Shown here in pieces: positions 29,933 to 41,665 of a stretch of 64,000 nt of DNA. Source of the stretch: Planctomycetota bacterium (GTDB lineage Bacteria > Planctomycetota > UBA8108 > SXIK01); contig CBDCXR010000004.1 in NCBI GenBank assembly GCA_965223845.1, positions 2,368,001-2,432,000 of the forward strand, read 5' to 3'. Made by a program: the position numbers and the translations under genes. How positions within the stretch are numbered: the first letter of the stretch is position 1; every line of letters begins with the position of its first letter. The notes beneath the pieces are model-generated. The model was not told the origin of the DNA. It did no database searches and saw nothing but the letters and a program-made list of their open reading frames with translations.

Positions 29933-31531
29933 ATGGCACAGCCGGAAACCGACTCCTCCGCCCCGTCTCTCTCCGGATTCCTCGGCGCCGTCGAACGCAT
30001 CGGGAATCGCCTGCCCGATCCCGTCACGCTGTTCTTTCTCGGCTCGATTCTGATCCTCGTCCTATCGGAGATCGCGAGCGCGGCGGGTTGGTCGGTGGAC
30101 CACCCCGTGACCGGCGAAGAGCAGACGGTGAAGAGCCTCCTTCGCCGCGACGGGCTCTACTGGGTCTGGGAGAATCTCGTCACGAACTTCACCGGCTTCG
30201 CGCCGCTCGGAGTCGTGCTCGTCGCGATGCTCGGCATCGGCGTCGCCGAGCGCTCGGGTCTCGTCGGGACCTTGCTCAAGCTCATCGTCCTCATCACGCC
30301 GGAAAAGCTGCTCACTCCGGCCGTCATGTTCGCCGGAGTGATGAGCAGCATGGCGATCGACGCGGGCTACGTCGTGCTTCCGCCCCTCGCGGCGGCGGTC
30401 TTCCTTCGCGCGGGCCGATCACCGATCGTCGGCATCGCATGCGTCTTCGCGGGCGTCGCTGCGGGATTCAGCGCGAATCTCCTCGTGACGGCGCTCGACC
30501 CTCTGCTCCAGAATCTGACGCAGAGCGCAGCCGCGATCCTCGACCCAGACTACACTGTCGATCCCCGCTGCAATTATTACTTCATGATCGTCTCGACGAT
30601 CATGATCACGCTGGTCGGCTGGTACGTCACGGACCGCATCGTCGAGCCTCGCTACCGCGATCGCCCCCTCGATCCACCCGAAGACGACGACGGGGCGAGC
30701 GGAGCCGGCGCGGCCGCAGACGATCCGAACTCAACGCAGATCACTGCGGACGACCGGCGCGGCATGATCGGTGCGGCGATCGCTCTCGCTCTCGCGAGTG
30801 GGGTCGTTCTCGCGATGATCTTCGTCGATGGTTGGGCACTCCAGGGAACAGTCGAACTACAACCGGGCTGGCCCGTCGATCGCTGGGTTCGGGCGATCGT
30901 CCCGATCCTCTTCGTGCTCTTCCTCGCGCCGGGGATCGGGTTCGGAATCGCTACCGGGTCGATCAAAAGCGATCGCGACGTCGCCCGCATGATGACAGAG
31001 ACGATGAAGATGATGGGCTCGTATGTCGTCCTCGCCTTCTTCGCTGGACAGTTCGTCGCGTGGTTCAGCGAGTCGAATCTCGGGGTCCTGTTCGCGCTCG
31101 AGGGAATCGCGTACCTGAGTGAGAAAGATCTCCCGCTTTGGCTCTTCGTGCTCGCGATCATCGCTCTCACCGCGGGACTCAATCTTTTCGTGGGCTCCGC
31201 GTCGGCGAAGTGGGCGTTCATCTCGACGGTGTTCGTTCCGGTCCTGATGGGGCTCGGAGTCAGTCCGGAACTCACGCAGGCGGCCTACCGCGTGGGCGAC
31301 TCTGTCTCGAACTCGATCGCGCCGCTCAACCCGTACGTCGTCGTCATGCTCGTCTTCCTCCAGCGCTACGTGCGCCGAGCGGGCATCGGCTCACTCGTCG
31401 CCCTGATGCTCCCCTACACCGTTTGGTTCAGCATCGTTTGGAGCGCCCTCCTCCTCGGCTGGATGGCACTCGGGATCCCGCTCGGTCCGGACGCGAAGCC
31501 ACTCTTCATCGAGCCGATCGGCGGACAGTAG
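29933..31531 (+). CDS. abgT: AbgT family transporter
   Basis: ERIGNRLPDPVTLF, NFTGFAPLG, GFSAN, GSASAKW, YRVGDS.SN...P. Confidence 0.93.
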   Translation: MAQPETDSSAPSLSGFLGAVERIGNRLPDPVTLFFLGSILILVLSEIASAAGWSVDHPVTGEEQTVKSLLRRDGLYWVWENLVTNFTGFAPLGVVLVAMLGIGVAERSGLVGTLLKLIVLITPEKLLTPAVMFAGVMSSMAIDAGYVVLPPLAAAVFLRAGRSPIVGIACVFAGVAAGFSANLLVTALDPLLQNLTQSAAAILDPDYTVDPRCNYYFMIVSTIMITLVGWYVTDRIVEPRYRDRPLDPPEDDDGASGAGAAADDPNSTQITADDRRGMIGAAIALALASGVVLAMIFVDGWALQGTVELQPGWPVDRWVRAIVPILFVLFLAPGIGFGIATGSIKSDRDVARMMTETMKMMGSYVVLAFFAGQFVAWFSESNLGVLFALEGIAYLSEKDLPLWLFVLAIIALTAGLNLFVGSASAKWAFISTVFVPVLMGLGVSPELTQAAYRVGDSVSNSIAPLNPYVVVMLVFLQRYVRRAGIGSLVALMLPYTVWFSIVWSALLLGWMALGIPLGPDAKPLFIEPIGGQ

Positions 31532-31671
31532 CACCGTCCGGTCGGACGGATCGAGCACGCGGCAGTTTCGCGCCTTGAGCTCGGCGGACCGCGTCGCCGA
31601 GAATGGAGCGTGCGAGCGACAGATCGGGTCGTCTGTCGACGTTCTCCTCCTCCTTCGAACCCGAGCGTTAG

Positions 31672-34600
31672 ATGCGAAACCGCCTTCTCGCCATCCTCGT
31701 CGTCGGCATCGCTCCGTTCACTCTCGCCGACGACACTCGTCCGAAGAACGTCCTCTTCATCGCGATCGATGACCTCCGGCCGGAGCTCGGCTGCTACGGC
31801 GTCCCGTACGCGCAGACGCCGCATCTTGACCGGTTCGCCGAGAGCGGTGTCGTCTTTCGCAATCATTTCGTCCAGGTGCCGACGTGCGGTGCTTCGCGCT
31901 ACGCGCTTCTCACCGGACGAAGTCCAGCGCGCTCCGGCGTCACGCGCGGAAACCACTCGTTCTACGGCGGTCCGTCCGCGCTCGTTCGCGGGCCGACCGC
32001 TGGAGCGCAGTCGCTGCCCGAGCTCTTTCGGCGGAGCGGCTACCGTACGGTCGCGATCGGGAAGATCTCGCACACCGCCGATGGCAAGGTCTACGCGTAC
32101 AACGGCGGAGGCGACGGACGCCCCGAGATGCCGAACGCGTGGGACGCGCTACCGACGCCGTACGGCGCGTGGAAGCGTGGATGGGGCGTGTTCTTCGCGT
32201 ACGAGGGAGGCCGGCACCGCGAAGACGGGGGCGGCAACAAAGATCTCCTCGAGTTTACCGCAAAGGCGGACGACGAGCTCCCGGACGGGCAGATCGCCGA
32301 ACGGGCCGTCGAGCAACTCCGCGACCTCTCGTCGCGGGCGGAACCGTTTTTTCTCGCGGTCGGATTCTTCAAGCCGCACCTCCCGTTCGTCGCGACTGCC
32401 GGCGACTGGGAAGCGATGGCCGGCGTCGACGTGCCGCCGCCGGAGTCGCCCGAGCGCACGCTCTCGGAGTACTGGCACGGAAGCGGCGAGTTCTACAAGT
32501 ACGACACGGCGATGAAGAAGACGAAGCCGCTCGCTACCGAAGACCAGATCACCGCGCGGCGGGCGTACCTCGCGTGCGTGCGCTACGTCGATCGCCAAGT
32601 GGGGAAGGTCCTCAGCTCACTCGAGGAGCTCGGTCTCGCGGAGTCGACGATCGTCGTTGTCTGGGGCGATCACGGTTGGCACCTCGGCGATTCGGCGATC
32701 TGGGGAAAACACTCTCCGCTCGAGCGAGCGCTCCGAAGCACGCTCATCATCCGCGCGCCGGGGGTATCCCGCGCGGGTCTCGTCGCCGATGGCGTCGTCG
32801 AGACGATCGATCTCTACCCGACGCTCGTCGATCTCTGCGCGCCTCGATTCACCCGAACGCGATTTCCGCTCGACGGGCGAACTCTCCGGCCGATGCTCAC
32901 CGGAGAACGCGAAGCCGTCCGAACCGCGGCCGTCAGTTACTGGGGCGCGGCGGTCAGCGTTCGAACGGCGACTCACCGACTCGTCGCGACGCGGAAGGGC
33001 GACGATCTGTCAAAGGTCGAGCTCTACGCGGTGAGCGACGGACCGGATCCCGAGGCGTCGAAGAATCTCGCGGCGAGTCGTCTGGACCTCGTCGGACGAC
33101 TTCTCAAGGAAGTTCCCGAGCGTGCCGCGACTCCACACCGTTCGGCCGGTTTCGCGCAGGAAAGCGCATTCCTACCTCGGGGGCTCGAGGAGAAGGACGT
33201 TCTCACGATCGCCGCAACGCCTCGCGGCGTTTATGCGGGGACGAAGGGCGGCGCGTTCCGGCTCGACGGCGACCGATGGCAGCCGACGGACGAGCTTCCG
33301 CCCGCTCGCGTGCCGGCGATCACCGCAACACCCGATGGACTACTCGCCGTCGTCGGGGACGCCCTCTGCGAACTCTCGGCGGCGGGAGAACGACGCCGCA
33401 TCGCGCCGGCTCCCCCGGGGAGTGTGAGCGATCTCGAGACTCGAAGCGGCGTGACGATGATCGCAACGGATCGCGGACTCTTTCGCATTCGCGGAGGAGC
33501 CGCGGAGCCGGATGCCGCCCTCGCGCGGATCGCGGGGAATCCTTTCGACATTCGCTCCGTAGCGATCGGTCCGAGCGGCGCACCCGCGATCGCCGCCGCC
33601 TCCGGCCTCTACGAGAAGCGAGACGATTCCTGGCGCCGCGTTCTCCCGCGAGCGGGGAGCCGCTCCTGGGCGCCCCACGATGTGCGCGCGGTCGCCTACG
33701 ACGTGGTCGACCGCCTTTGGTTCGCGAGTCCACAAGGCGTGGGAGTTCGAGCCGAATCCGGTTGGACGCTCTACGACGGCCGCGATGGCCTACCCTACGC
33801 CGACTTCACCTCGATCGCGACCGGGCTCGACGGTGCGGTGTGGTTCGGCACGCGGCGTGGAGCGATTCGATGGAGCGGCGGCGATTGGGCGTATCGCCAG
33901 AGTCGACGCTGGCTTCCGGGCGACGACGTACGGGATGTCGCGATCGATTCGAACGGAACGATCTGGTTCGCGACGGCAAAGGGCGCGGGTCGCATCTCCT
34001 ACTCGCCGACAACGCTCGCAGAGAAGGCTGACGCCTACGAGGAAGCGATCGAACGCTACCATCGGCGCACTCCCTACGGGTACGTCGACTCCGCGACGCT
34101 TTCGCGTCCAGGCGATCGAAGCGAGTGGCAAAACCACGACAGCGACAACGACGGCCTGTGGACGAGCATGTACGGCGCGAGCCAGTGCTTCGCCTACGCT
34201 GCGACACGCGACCCTGCAGCAAAGGAACGCGCGCGACGCGCTTTCGAGGCGCTCCGCTTCCTCCGCGAGGTCACGCGAGGCGGCGAGCACTCGCCGCCCG
34301 AGGGTTTTGTCGCGCGAACGATCCGCCCGGCGACGGGCCCCGACCCGAATGCCGGTCGCGCGGAGTCCGACAAGAAATTCCGGGCCGAACGCGATCGGAA
34401 GTGGAAGCTCATCGAGCCGCGCTGGCCGAAGAGCGCCGACGGAAAGTGGTACTGGAAATCGGACACGAGCTCCGACGAGCTCGACGGACACTATTTCTTT
34501 TATCCGCTCTACTACGACCGCGTCTGCGAGACGGAAGCCGAGCGCGCTCCCGTTCGCGAAGTCGTCCGGGCGATCACCGATCACCTCATCGCGCACGACT

Positions 34601-35370
34601 TTCGGCTCGTCGACCACGACGGGCTCCCCACTCGCTGGGCGCAGTTCGGTCCACGGGAGCTGAACGACGATCCGACATGGTGGGAAGAGCGCGGCCTCAA
34701 CTCGCTCAGCGTCCTCTCTTACCTCGCGGTCGCGCAACACATGACGGGCGATTCCAAGTACGGTGAAGCTGCGCGCGAACTGCGCGAGAAGCACAGTTAC
34801 ACCCTGAACGTTCTCTACCCGAAAAATCAAAACGGCCCCGCCTCCGGCAATCAGTCGGACGACGAGATGGCCTTCATGGGTTACTACAACCTCATCCGCT
34901 ACGAACCTGATCCGGAACTCCGCTCGGTCTGGACGTACTCGTTCCACGAATACTGGACGCGTGAACGCCCCGAGCGAAATCCTCTGTTCAACTTTCTCTA
35001 CGCGTCGGTCGCCCGCGGCACGAAGTGGGAGGACGCGTTCAACACGATCGATCTCACCGCGAGGGGCGATTGGCTCGCCGACTCACGCGATTCACTCGAA
35101 CGCTTCCCGCTCGATCTCGCCGACTGGCCGATGGCGAACAGCCATCGACTCGACATCGCGTTGCTTCCACAGTTCCTTCGCCCGGGAGTGAAGGCGAAAC
35201 GCGGACACCGACCCGACGGCAAGGTGCTTCCGGTCGACGAACGCTTCTTCACTCACTGGAACCACGACCCGTGGGTCCTGGACACGGGTGGCTCGGGGCG
35301 ACGACTGGCGGACGGGGCGACGTTCTTGCTTCCGTACTACCTCGGGCGGTACTACGGGTTCGTGGAGTAG
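31672..35370 (+). CDS. secreted formylglycine sulfatase (iduronate-2-sulfatase-like) fused to a beta-propeller and an uncharacterised helical domain
   Basis: IDDLRP, CGASR (CxxxR), GKISH, KPHLPF, GDHGWHLG, WGKH; then LWFA/VWFG/IWFA propeller repeats; then SDNDGLWT, DTSSDE. Confidence 0.88.
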   Translation: MRNRLLAILVVGIAPFTLADDTRPKNVLFIAIDDLRPELGCYGVPYAQTPHLDRFAESGVVFRNHFVQVPTCGASRYALLTGRSPARSGVTRGNHSFYGGPSALVRGPTAGAQSLPELFRRSGYRTVAIGKISHTADGKVYAYNGGGDGRPEMPNAWDALPTPYGAWKRGWGVFFAYEGGRHREDGGGNKDLLEFTAKADDELPDGQIAERAVEQLRDLSSRAEPFFLAVGFFKPHLPFVATAGDWEAMAGVDVPPPESPERTLSEYWHGSGEFYKYDTAMKKTKPLATEDQITARRAYLACVRYVDRQVGKVLSSLEELGLAESTIVVVWGDHGWHLGDSAIWGKHSPLERALRSTLIIRAPGVSRAGLVADGVVETIDLYPTLVDLCAPRFTRTRFPLDGRTLRPMLTGEREAVRTAAVSYWGAAVSVRTATHRLVATRKGDDLSKVELYAVSDGPDPEASKNLAASRLDLVGRLLKEVPERAATPHRSAGFAQESAFLPRGLEEKDVLTIAATPRGVYAGTKGGAFRLDGDRWQPTDELPPARVPAITATPDGLLAVVGDALCELSAAGERRRIAPAPPGSVSDLETRSGVTMIATDRGLFRIRGGAAEPDAALARIAGNPFDIRSVAIGPSGAPAIAAASGLYEKRDDSWRRVLPRAGSRSWAPHDVRAVAYDVVDRLWFASPQGVGVRAESGWTLYDGRDGLPYADFTSIATGLDGAVWFGTRRGAIRWSGGDWAYRQSRRWLPGDDVRDVAIDSNGTIWFATAKGAGRISYSPTTLAEKADAYEEAIERYHRRTPYGYVDSATLSRPGDRSEWQNHDSDNDGLWTSMYGASQCFAYAATRDPAAKERARRAFEALRFLREVTRGGEHSPPEGFVARTIRPATGPDPNAGRAESDKKFRAERDRKWKLIEPRWPKSADGKWYWKSDTSSDELDGHYFFYPLYYDRVCETEAERAPVREVVRAITDHLIAHDFRLVDHDGLPTRWAQFGPRELNDDPTWWEERGLNSLSVLSYLAVAQHMTGDSKYGEAARELREKHSYTLNVLYPKNQNGPASGNQSDDEMAFMGYYNLIRYEPDPELRSVWTYSFHEYWTRERPERNPLFNFLYASVARGTKWEDAFNTIDLTARGDWLADSRDSLERFPLDLADWPMANSHRLDIALLPQFLRPGVKAKRGHRPDGKVLPVDERFFTHWNHDPWVLDTGGSGRRLADGATFLLPYYLGRYYGFVE

Positions 35371-35501
35371 CGGCTGAGAATCGGTGTCATCCCACGGCGC
35401 GGCGCGGGGAAGAAGGAAAAGATCGCACGACGATAGTTTGGGACGGGCACGCACGACGGAAGAACGCAGCGCGAACTCCCGCTCAGCGACCCTCGCTCCG
35501 C

Positions 35502-35552
35502 ATTTTTTTTCTCTTCTCTCTTCCCTTCGTGCCCCCCCTAACCCTTCGTGGT
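35502..35552 (-). repeat. CACGAAGGG-type repeat with purine tract (second copy)
   Basis: Minus strand reads ACCACGAAGGG-TTAAGGGGGG-CACGAAGGG-AAGAGAGAAGAGAAAAAAAA. Confidence 0.6.
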
Positions 35553-35593
35553 GCAATCTCCTCCCACGCTCGCAAACCGCCGCACGGATCGGC

Positions 35594-35645
35594 CGAGCGC
35601 GCAGGGGTTCGAACACGCAAGGATTCGAGCGCGCAAGGGTCGAGC
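35594..35645 (+). repeat. three imperfect 15-16 bp tandem repeats
   Basis: CGAGCGCGCAGGGGTT / CGAACACGCAAGGATT / CGAGCGCGCAAGGGT / CGAGC. Confidence 0.55.
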
Positions 35646-36220
35646 TACAGATTGAGCTGCAGCCGCGCCGCCTCCGACATCCGCTCGGGCCCCCACGGCG
35701 GATCCCACACGAGCTCGACTTTCGCTTCTCGCACGCCGAGCGCCCCGCTCACCTTCTGCTCGACCTCGGGCGGGAGCGTCCCCGCGACAGGACACATCGG
35801 CGACGTCAGAGTCATCTTGATGAACGCCTTCCCTTCGACGTCGACCTTGATCTCGTAGATGAGACCGATCTCGTAGATGTTGATCGGAATCTCCGGGTCG
35901 AAGATCGTGCGGAGGACGCCGACGATGCTCTCCTTGATCGCTTCCTCGTCGGGATGCGGCTCAAACGGTTCCGGCGAGGCGGGAGCGGGCGCAGACGGAC
36001 TCGCCGACGCCGGGACGTTCGGATCGGGCGAACTCCCCGCCGCCGAACTGGAATCCGCGGCCGGATCGGTATCCGCGCTCGGTGCGGCGGGCGCCGAGTC
36101 CTCAGGACGTTTGCTCTCCGTCGCGTTCGGGATGTCTTCTTGCATCGATCTTTCTCCCGCGGATTTCTGTTCCCGCTGGGACTCCTCGGGTCCGCCGCCG
36201 AACCACCGCTTCCAGTTCAC
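35645..36220 (-). CDS. sufT: SUF system Fe-S assembly protein (DUF59/SufT) with disordered N-terminus
   Basis: DPEIPINIYEIGLIY, MTLTSPMCPVAG, WDPPW..ERMSE.ARLQL. Confidence 0.92.
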   Translation of the reverse strand: MNWKRWFGGGPEESQREQKSAGERSMQEDIPNATESKRPEDSAPAAPSADTDPAADSSSAAGSSPDPNVPASASPSAPAPASPEPFEPHPDEEAIKESIVGVLRTIFDPEIPINIYEIGLIYEIKVDVEGKAFIKMTLTSPMCPVAGTLPPEVEQKVSGALGVREAKVELVWDPPWGPERMSEAARLQLNL

Positions 36221-36224
36221 GGCC

Positions 36225-36676
36225 CTACTCCGTCGAGACAGACTTCTTCTCGCCGCGCAAGGCGGCGTGCAGTGTGTGCCAGCAGAGACTCGCGCACTTC
36301 ACACGCGTGGGAAACTCGCACACGCCCTGAAATACTGCGAGCTTGCCGAGCGCCGCCGGATCGATCGCATCCTTCGGATCTCCGACGAGCATCGTATGAA
36401 ATCGTTCGAAGATCTCCTCGGCTTCGGCCTTGGTCTTGCCGACGAGCGTCTCAGTGAGGAGCGACGCCGAAGCCGTCGAGATCGCGCAGCCCGAGCCCTC
36501 GAAGCTGATATCTCTCACGCGGTCCCCGTCGAGCTCGAGGTAGAGCGTGAGACGATCGCCGCAGAGCGGATTGTAGCCCTCGAGGGTGCAGGTCGGCTGC
36601 TCGATGGCGCGAAAGTTCCGCGGATTTCGTCCGTGGTCGAGGATGACTTCCTGGTAGAGCTCTCTCAGGTCGGACA

Positions 36677-36677
<1 letters not shown>
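36225..36677 (-). CDS. sufU: SUF system sulfur-transfer protein SufU
   Basis: LYQEVILDH, NPLCGD, GCAISTAS, RVKCA. Confidence 0.95.
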
Positions 36678-37945
<1,268 letters not shown>

Positions 37946-37952
37946 GGATTCC

Positions 37953-39296
37953 TCATCCCTCGGCGACGGCGACCGGAGACTCCCCCGGAAGCTGGGCGAA
38001 CAACGAGCTCTGCAGCGCCGTCCGAACCGGCGCGATGCGGATCCCGTTCAGGACCTCGCACGCGAACGCGTAGGTGAGCAGGCTCTGCGCCGTCGCCGTG
38101 TCGATCCCGCGAGTGCGTAGATAAAAGAGGGGCTCTCTTTCGAGCTCACCGATGGTCGCGCCGTGCGTGCAGCGGACGTCGTCGGCGTAAATCTCGAGCT
38201 CGGGCTTCGAGTTCATTACCGCATCGGGAGATAGGAGCAGCGTTTGATTCGTCTGCTTCGCATCGGTCTTCTGCGCGTCCTCGGCGACGAAGATCTTGCC
38301 GTTGAACGCTGCCGAGCACTCGTCGCGGAGGATGTGCTTGTACATCTCCCAGCTATTGCAGTGCGGTTTCGCGTGCACGATGCGCGTCTGATTGTCGACG
38401 TGCTGGCGGCCGCCGATGGCGACGAGCCCGTTGAGTGTACATTCGGCGCCCTCGTCGTCGAGCGTTGCGTCGACGTTGTTCCGAACGAGTGCCCCACCGG
38501 TGCACACGACGTTCGAGACGAAACGGCTGTCTCGCGCCAGGTCGATCGCCGTGCTCGAGACGTGGATCGTGTCCGCGCCCTCGCGAACGACGCGGACGTG
38601 ATCGAGATCCGCGTTGGCAGCGAGCGCGATTTCGGTCACCGCGTTCGTGAAATGGCGTTCCGAGGGGAGTCCCTCGGCGTAGTCCTCGACGAGCGACAAC
38701 CGCGCGCCGCGACCGAGGCGGACGAGGACGCGCGTGTACGCGCCAACCGCCGGCTCCTCGCCGTTCGCCGCACTGAGAAAGAGGAGGTGAACGGGCTCGT
38801 CGACGACGACGCCGGGAGCGACATCGAGGATCGCACCGCCCTGAACGAACGCCGTGTTGAGTGCGACGAGGCTCCGCTCCGGAACGACGCTCGAAAACAG
38901 CGGCTCCACGGCGGGGACGGCATCGAACGCACCGGTCAGTCCGCGGATCGTCGCGCCGTCGGGTAGATCGCCGAGCTGAGAGAGTTCGGCGGCGAAATGA
39001 CCGTTCACGAAAACGAGTCGAGAGCCGGTCAGCCCGCTGAACTCGTGCTCCTCCACCCGCTCGCGGGAGACCGACGCGACGCTCGAGCGATCCGCCGGGC
39101 GAAACTCGTGCTTCGCGAGCGCGCGCAGATTCGTGTACTTCCAGTCCTCGTCGCGCACGGAAGGAAGGCCCGCCGCGCGGTAAGCGGCGATGGCTTCGCG
39201 GCGGCGCGCGGCGAGCCAGCCGCCGGCATCGCCATTCTGCTCGCGCGCGTCGAAGGCGGTGACAAAGGTGTCGTTGGCATCCATGAGCTGAATCAT
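37953..39296 (-). CDS. sufD: Fe-S cluster assembly protein SufD
   Basis: EDWKYT, AQKTDAKQ, KPELEIYADDVRCTHGAT. Confidence 0.96.
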   Translation of the reverse strand: MIQLMDANDTFVTAFDAREQNGDAGGWLAARRREAIAAYRAAGLPSVRDEDWKYTNLRALAKHEFRPADRSSVASVSRERVEEHEFSGLTGSRLVFVNGHFAAELSQLGDLPDGATIRGLTGAFDAVPAVEPLFSSVVPERSLVALNTAFVQGGAILDVAPGVVVDEPVHLLFLSAANGEEPAVGAYTRVLVRLGRGARLSLVEDYAEGLPSERHFTNAVTEIALAANADLDHVRVVREGADTIHVSSTAIDLARDSRFVSNVVCTGGALVRNNVDATLDDEGAECTLNGLVAIGGRQHVDNQTRIVHAKPHCNSWEMYKHILRDECSAAFNGKIFVAEDAQKTDAKQTNQTLLLSPDAVMNSKPELEIYADDVRCTHGATIGELEREPLFYLRTRGIDTATAQSLLTYAFACEVLNGIRIAPVRTALQSSLFAQLPGESPVAVAEG

Positions 39297-39366
39297 GTCT
39301 CTCCGGTTCCCTGGAGGTCCGGCGCTAGCGATCGAGCCGCGCCGATTCCGTCGCGATCGCAGGGAC

Positions 39367-40113
39367 TCACGCCGCCTCTTCGATCCAGGCGTATCCCTTC
39401 TCCTCGAGCTCGAGTGCGAGCTCCTTTCCTCCCGTCTTGACGATGCGACCGCCGGCGAGGACGTGCACGAAGTCCGGGACGATGTAGTCGAGGAGACGCT
39501 GGTAGTGAGTGATCACGAGCGTGGACCGCTCGGGCGTACGCAGCGCGTTCACTCCCGCAGCGACGGTTTGGAGCGCATCGATGTCGAGGCCGGAATCCGT
39601 CTCGTCGAGGATGGCGAGCTTCGGCTCGAGAACCGCCATCTGAAAGATCTCGTTTCGTTTCTTCTCACCGCCCGAAAAACCCTCGTTCACCGATCGATTG
39701 AGAAGCGCCTCGTCCATGTCCACGAGCTTCATCTTCTCCTTCACCAGGGTGAGGAAATCGAGTGCGTCGATCTCGCTCTCACCGCGGTGCTTTCGAATGG
39801 CGTTGAGCGCAGTCTTCAGGAAGTAGGTATTGCTGACTCCCGGAATCTCGACGGGGTACTGAAACGCCATGAAGATGCCCTCGCAGGCTCTCTCCTCGGC
39901 TTCGAGCTCGAGGAGATCCTTCCCCTCGAACGCGACCTCGCCTTCGACGACCTCGTAGTCTTCGTGCCCCGCGAGCACCTTCCCGAGCGTGCTCTTTCCC
40001 GAGCCGTTCGGCCCCATGATCGCGTGCACCTCACCGGGGCGGATTTCGAGATCGATCCCGCGGAGGATAGGCGTGTCGTCCACATTCGCTTGGAGATTCT
40101 TGATCTTGAGCAT
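39367..40113 (-). CDS. sufC: Fe-S cluster assembly ATPase SufC
   Basis: [38 protein letters not shown]. Confidence 0.98.
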   Translation of the reverse strand: MLKIKNLQANVDDTPILRGIDLEIRPGEVHAIMGPNGSGKSTLGKVLAGHEDYEVVEGEVAFEGKDLLELEAEERACEGIFMAFQYPVEIPGVSNTYFLKTALNAIRKHRGESEIDALDFLTLVKEKMKLVDMDEALLNRSVNEGFSGGEKKRNEIFQMAVLEPKLAILDETDSGLDIDALQTVAAGVNALRTPERSTLVITHYQRLLDYIVPDFVHVLAGGRIVKTGGKELALELEEKGYAWIEEAA

Positions 40114-40219
40114 CGGGGTTCACCGATTGGGCCGCGCCGGTGCGGCGGCCGAACGTTCCTTCACGTAGTACGAACCGATTCCTGAAACCATCTCGAACGC
40201 TTCGCGCTCGAGGAGGCGA

Positions 40220-41665
40220 TCAGCCCACGCTTCCTTCGAGGCTGACGCTGAGCAGCTTCTGCGCCTCGACGGCGAATTCCATCGGGAGTTCTCGAAAGAC
40301 TTCCTTACAGAAGCCGTTCACGATCATGCCGACTGCGTCTTCCGTCGAGAGGCCGCGCTGGCGACAGTAGAAGATCTGGTCCTCGCCGATCTTCGACGTC
40401 GACGCTTCGTGCTCGACCTGCGCCGTCGGATTTCGCACCTCGATATAGGGAAAGGTGTGCGCGCCGCAGCGATCGCCCAGAAGCATCGAGTCGCACTGCG
40501 AAAAGTTGCGCGCGCCCTCGGCGCCCTTGTTCACTTTGACGAGACCTCGGTACGAGTTCTGACCGCGGCCGGCGGAGATTCCCTTCGAGACGATTGTGCT
40601 CTTCGTGTTTTTCCCGATGTGCACCATCTTCGTCCCGGTGTCGGCCTGCTGACGGTTGTTCGTGAGCGCGACAGAGTAAAACTCCCCGACCGAGTTGTCT
40701 CCCTGCAGGATGCAGCTCGGGTACTTCCAGGTGATCGCCGACCCCGTCTCGACCTGAGTCCACGAGATCTTCGAGTTCACTCCGCGGCACGCGCCGCGCT
40801 TCGTGACGAAGTTGTAGATGCCGCCCTTCCCGTCCTTGTCGCCGGGATACCAGTTCTGCACGGTCGAGTACTTGATCTGAGCGTCGTCGAGCGCGACGAG
40901 CTCGACCACCGCCGCGTGGAGCTGATTCTCGTCGCGCATCGGGGCCGTGCAGCCTTCGAGGTAGCTCACGTACGACCCCTTGTCGGCGACGATGAGCGTC
41001 CGCTCGAACTGCCCGGTATTCGCGGCGTTGATGCGAAAGTACGTCGACAGCTCCATCGGGCAGCGGACGCCCGGCGGCACGTAGCAGAACGATCCATCGC
41101 TGAAGACCGCGGAATTGAGCGCCGAAAAGAAGTTGTCCGCGACGGGGACGACGGAGCCGAGGTACTTTTCGACGAGTTCGGGATGCTGCTCCACGGCCTC
41201 GGAGAACGAGCAAAAGACGATGCCGAGCTCGGCGAGCTTGTCTTTGAACGTCGTCGCGACCGAGACGCTGTCGAACACCGCATCGACGGCGACCCCGGTG
41301 AGGCGCTTCTGCTCCTCGAGAGAGATTCCGAGCTTCTCGAACGTCTCGCGGAGCTCCGGGTCGACCTCATCGAGGCTGCTCAGCTTCTTCTTCGGCTTCG
41401 GCGCGGAGTAGTAGATGATCTTCTGGTAGTCGATCTCGGGAAACTCGACCTTCGCCCAGCGTGGACACGTCATTTTCTGCCACTGCTCAAGCGCCGCGAG
41501 TCGCCAGTTGAGGAGAAACTCCGGCTCGTTCTTCCGCTTCGAGATGTGGCGGACGACGTCCGGTCCGAGGCCGGGAGGGAGAGAATCGGCCTCGATGTCC
41601 GTGACGAAACCGTACTTGTATTCGCGATCCGCTAACTCGTGGATCGACTCAGTCGATGTCGACAT
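40220..41665 (-). CDS. sufB: Fe-S cluster assembly protein SufB
   Basis: [44 protein letters not shown]. Confidence 0.98.
   Translation of the reverse strand: MSTSTESIHELADREYKYGFVTDIEADSLPPGLGPDVVRHISKRKNEPEFLLNWRLAALEQWQKMTCPRWAKVEFPEIDYQKIIYYSAPKPKKKLSSLDEVDPELRETFEKLGISLEEQKRLTGVAVDAVFDSVSVATTFKDKLAELGIVFCSFSEAVEQHPELVEKYLGSVVPVADNFFSALNSAVFSDGSFCYVPPGVRCPMELSTYFRINAANTGQFERTLIVADKGSYVSYLEGCTAPMRDENQLHAAVVELVALDDAQIKYSTVQNWYPGDKDGKGGIYNFVTKRGACRGVNSKISWTQVETGSAITWKYPSCILQGDNSVGEFYSVALTNNRQQADTGTKMVHIGKNTKSTIVSKGISAGRGQNSYRGLVKVNKGAEGARNFSQCDSMLLGDRCGAHTFPYIEVRNPTAQVEHEASTSKIGEDQIFYCRQRGLSTEDAVGMIVNGFCKEVFRELPMEFAVEAQKLLSVSLEGSVG

Noticed and set aside
35594-35645. Short repeats as a CRISPR array
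   Set aside because: Tandem units without spacers, too short, and no cas genes.
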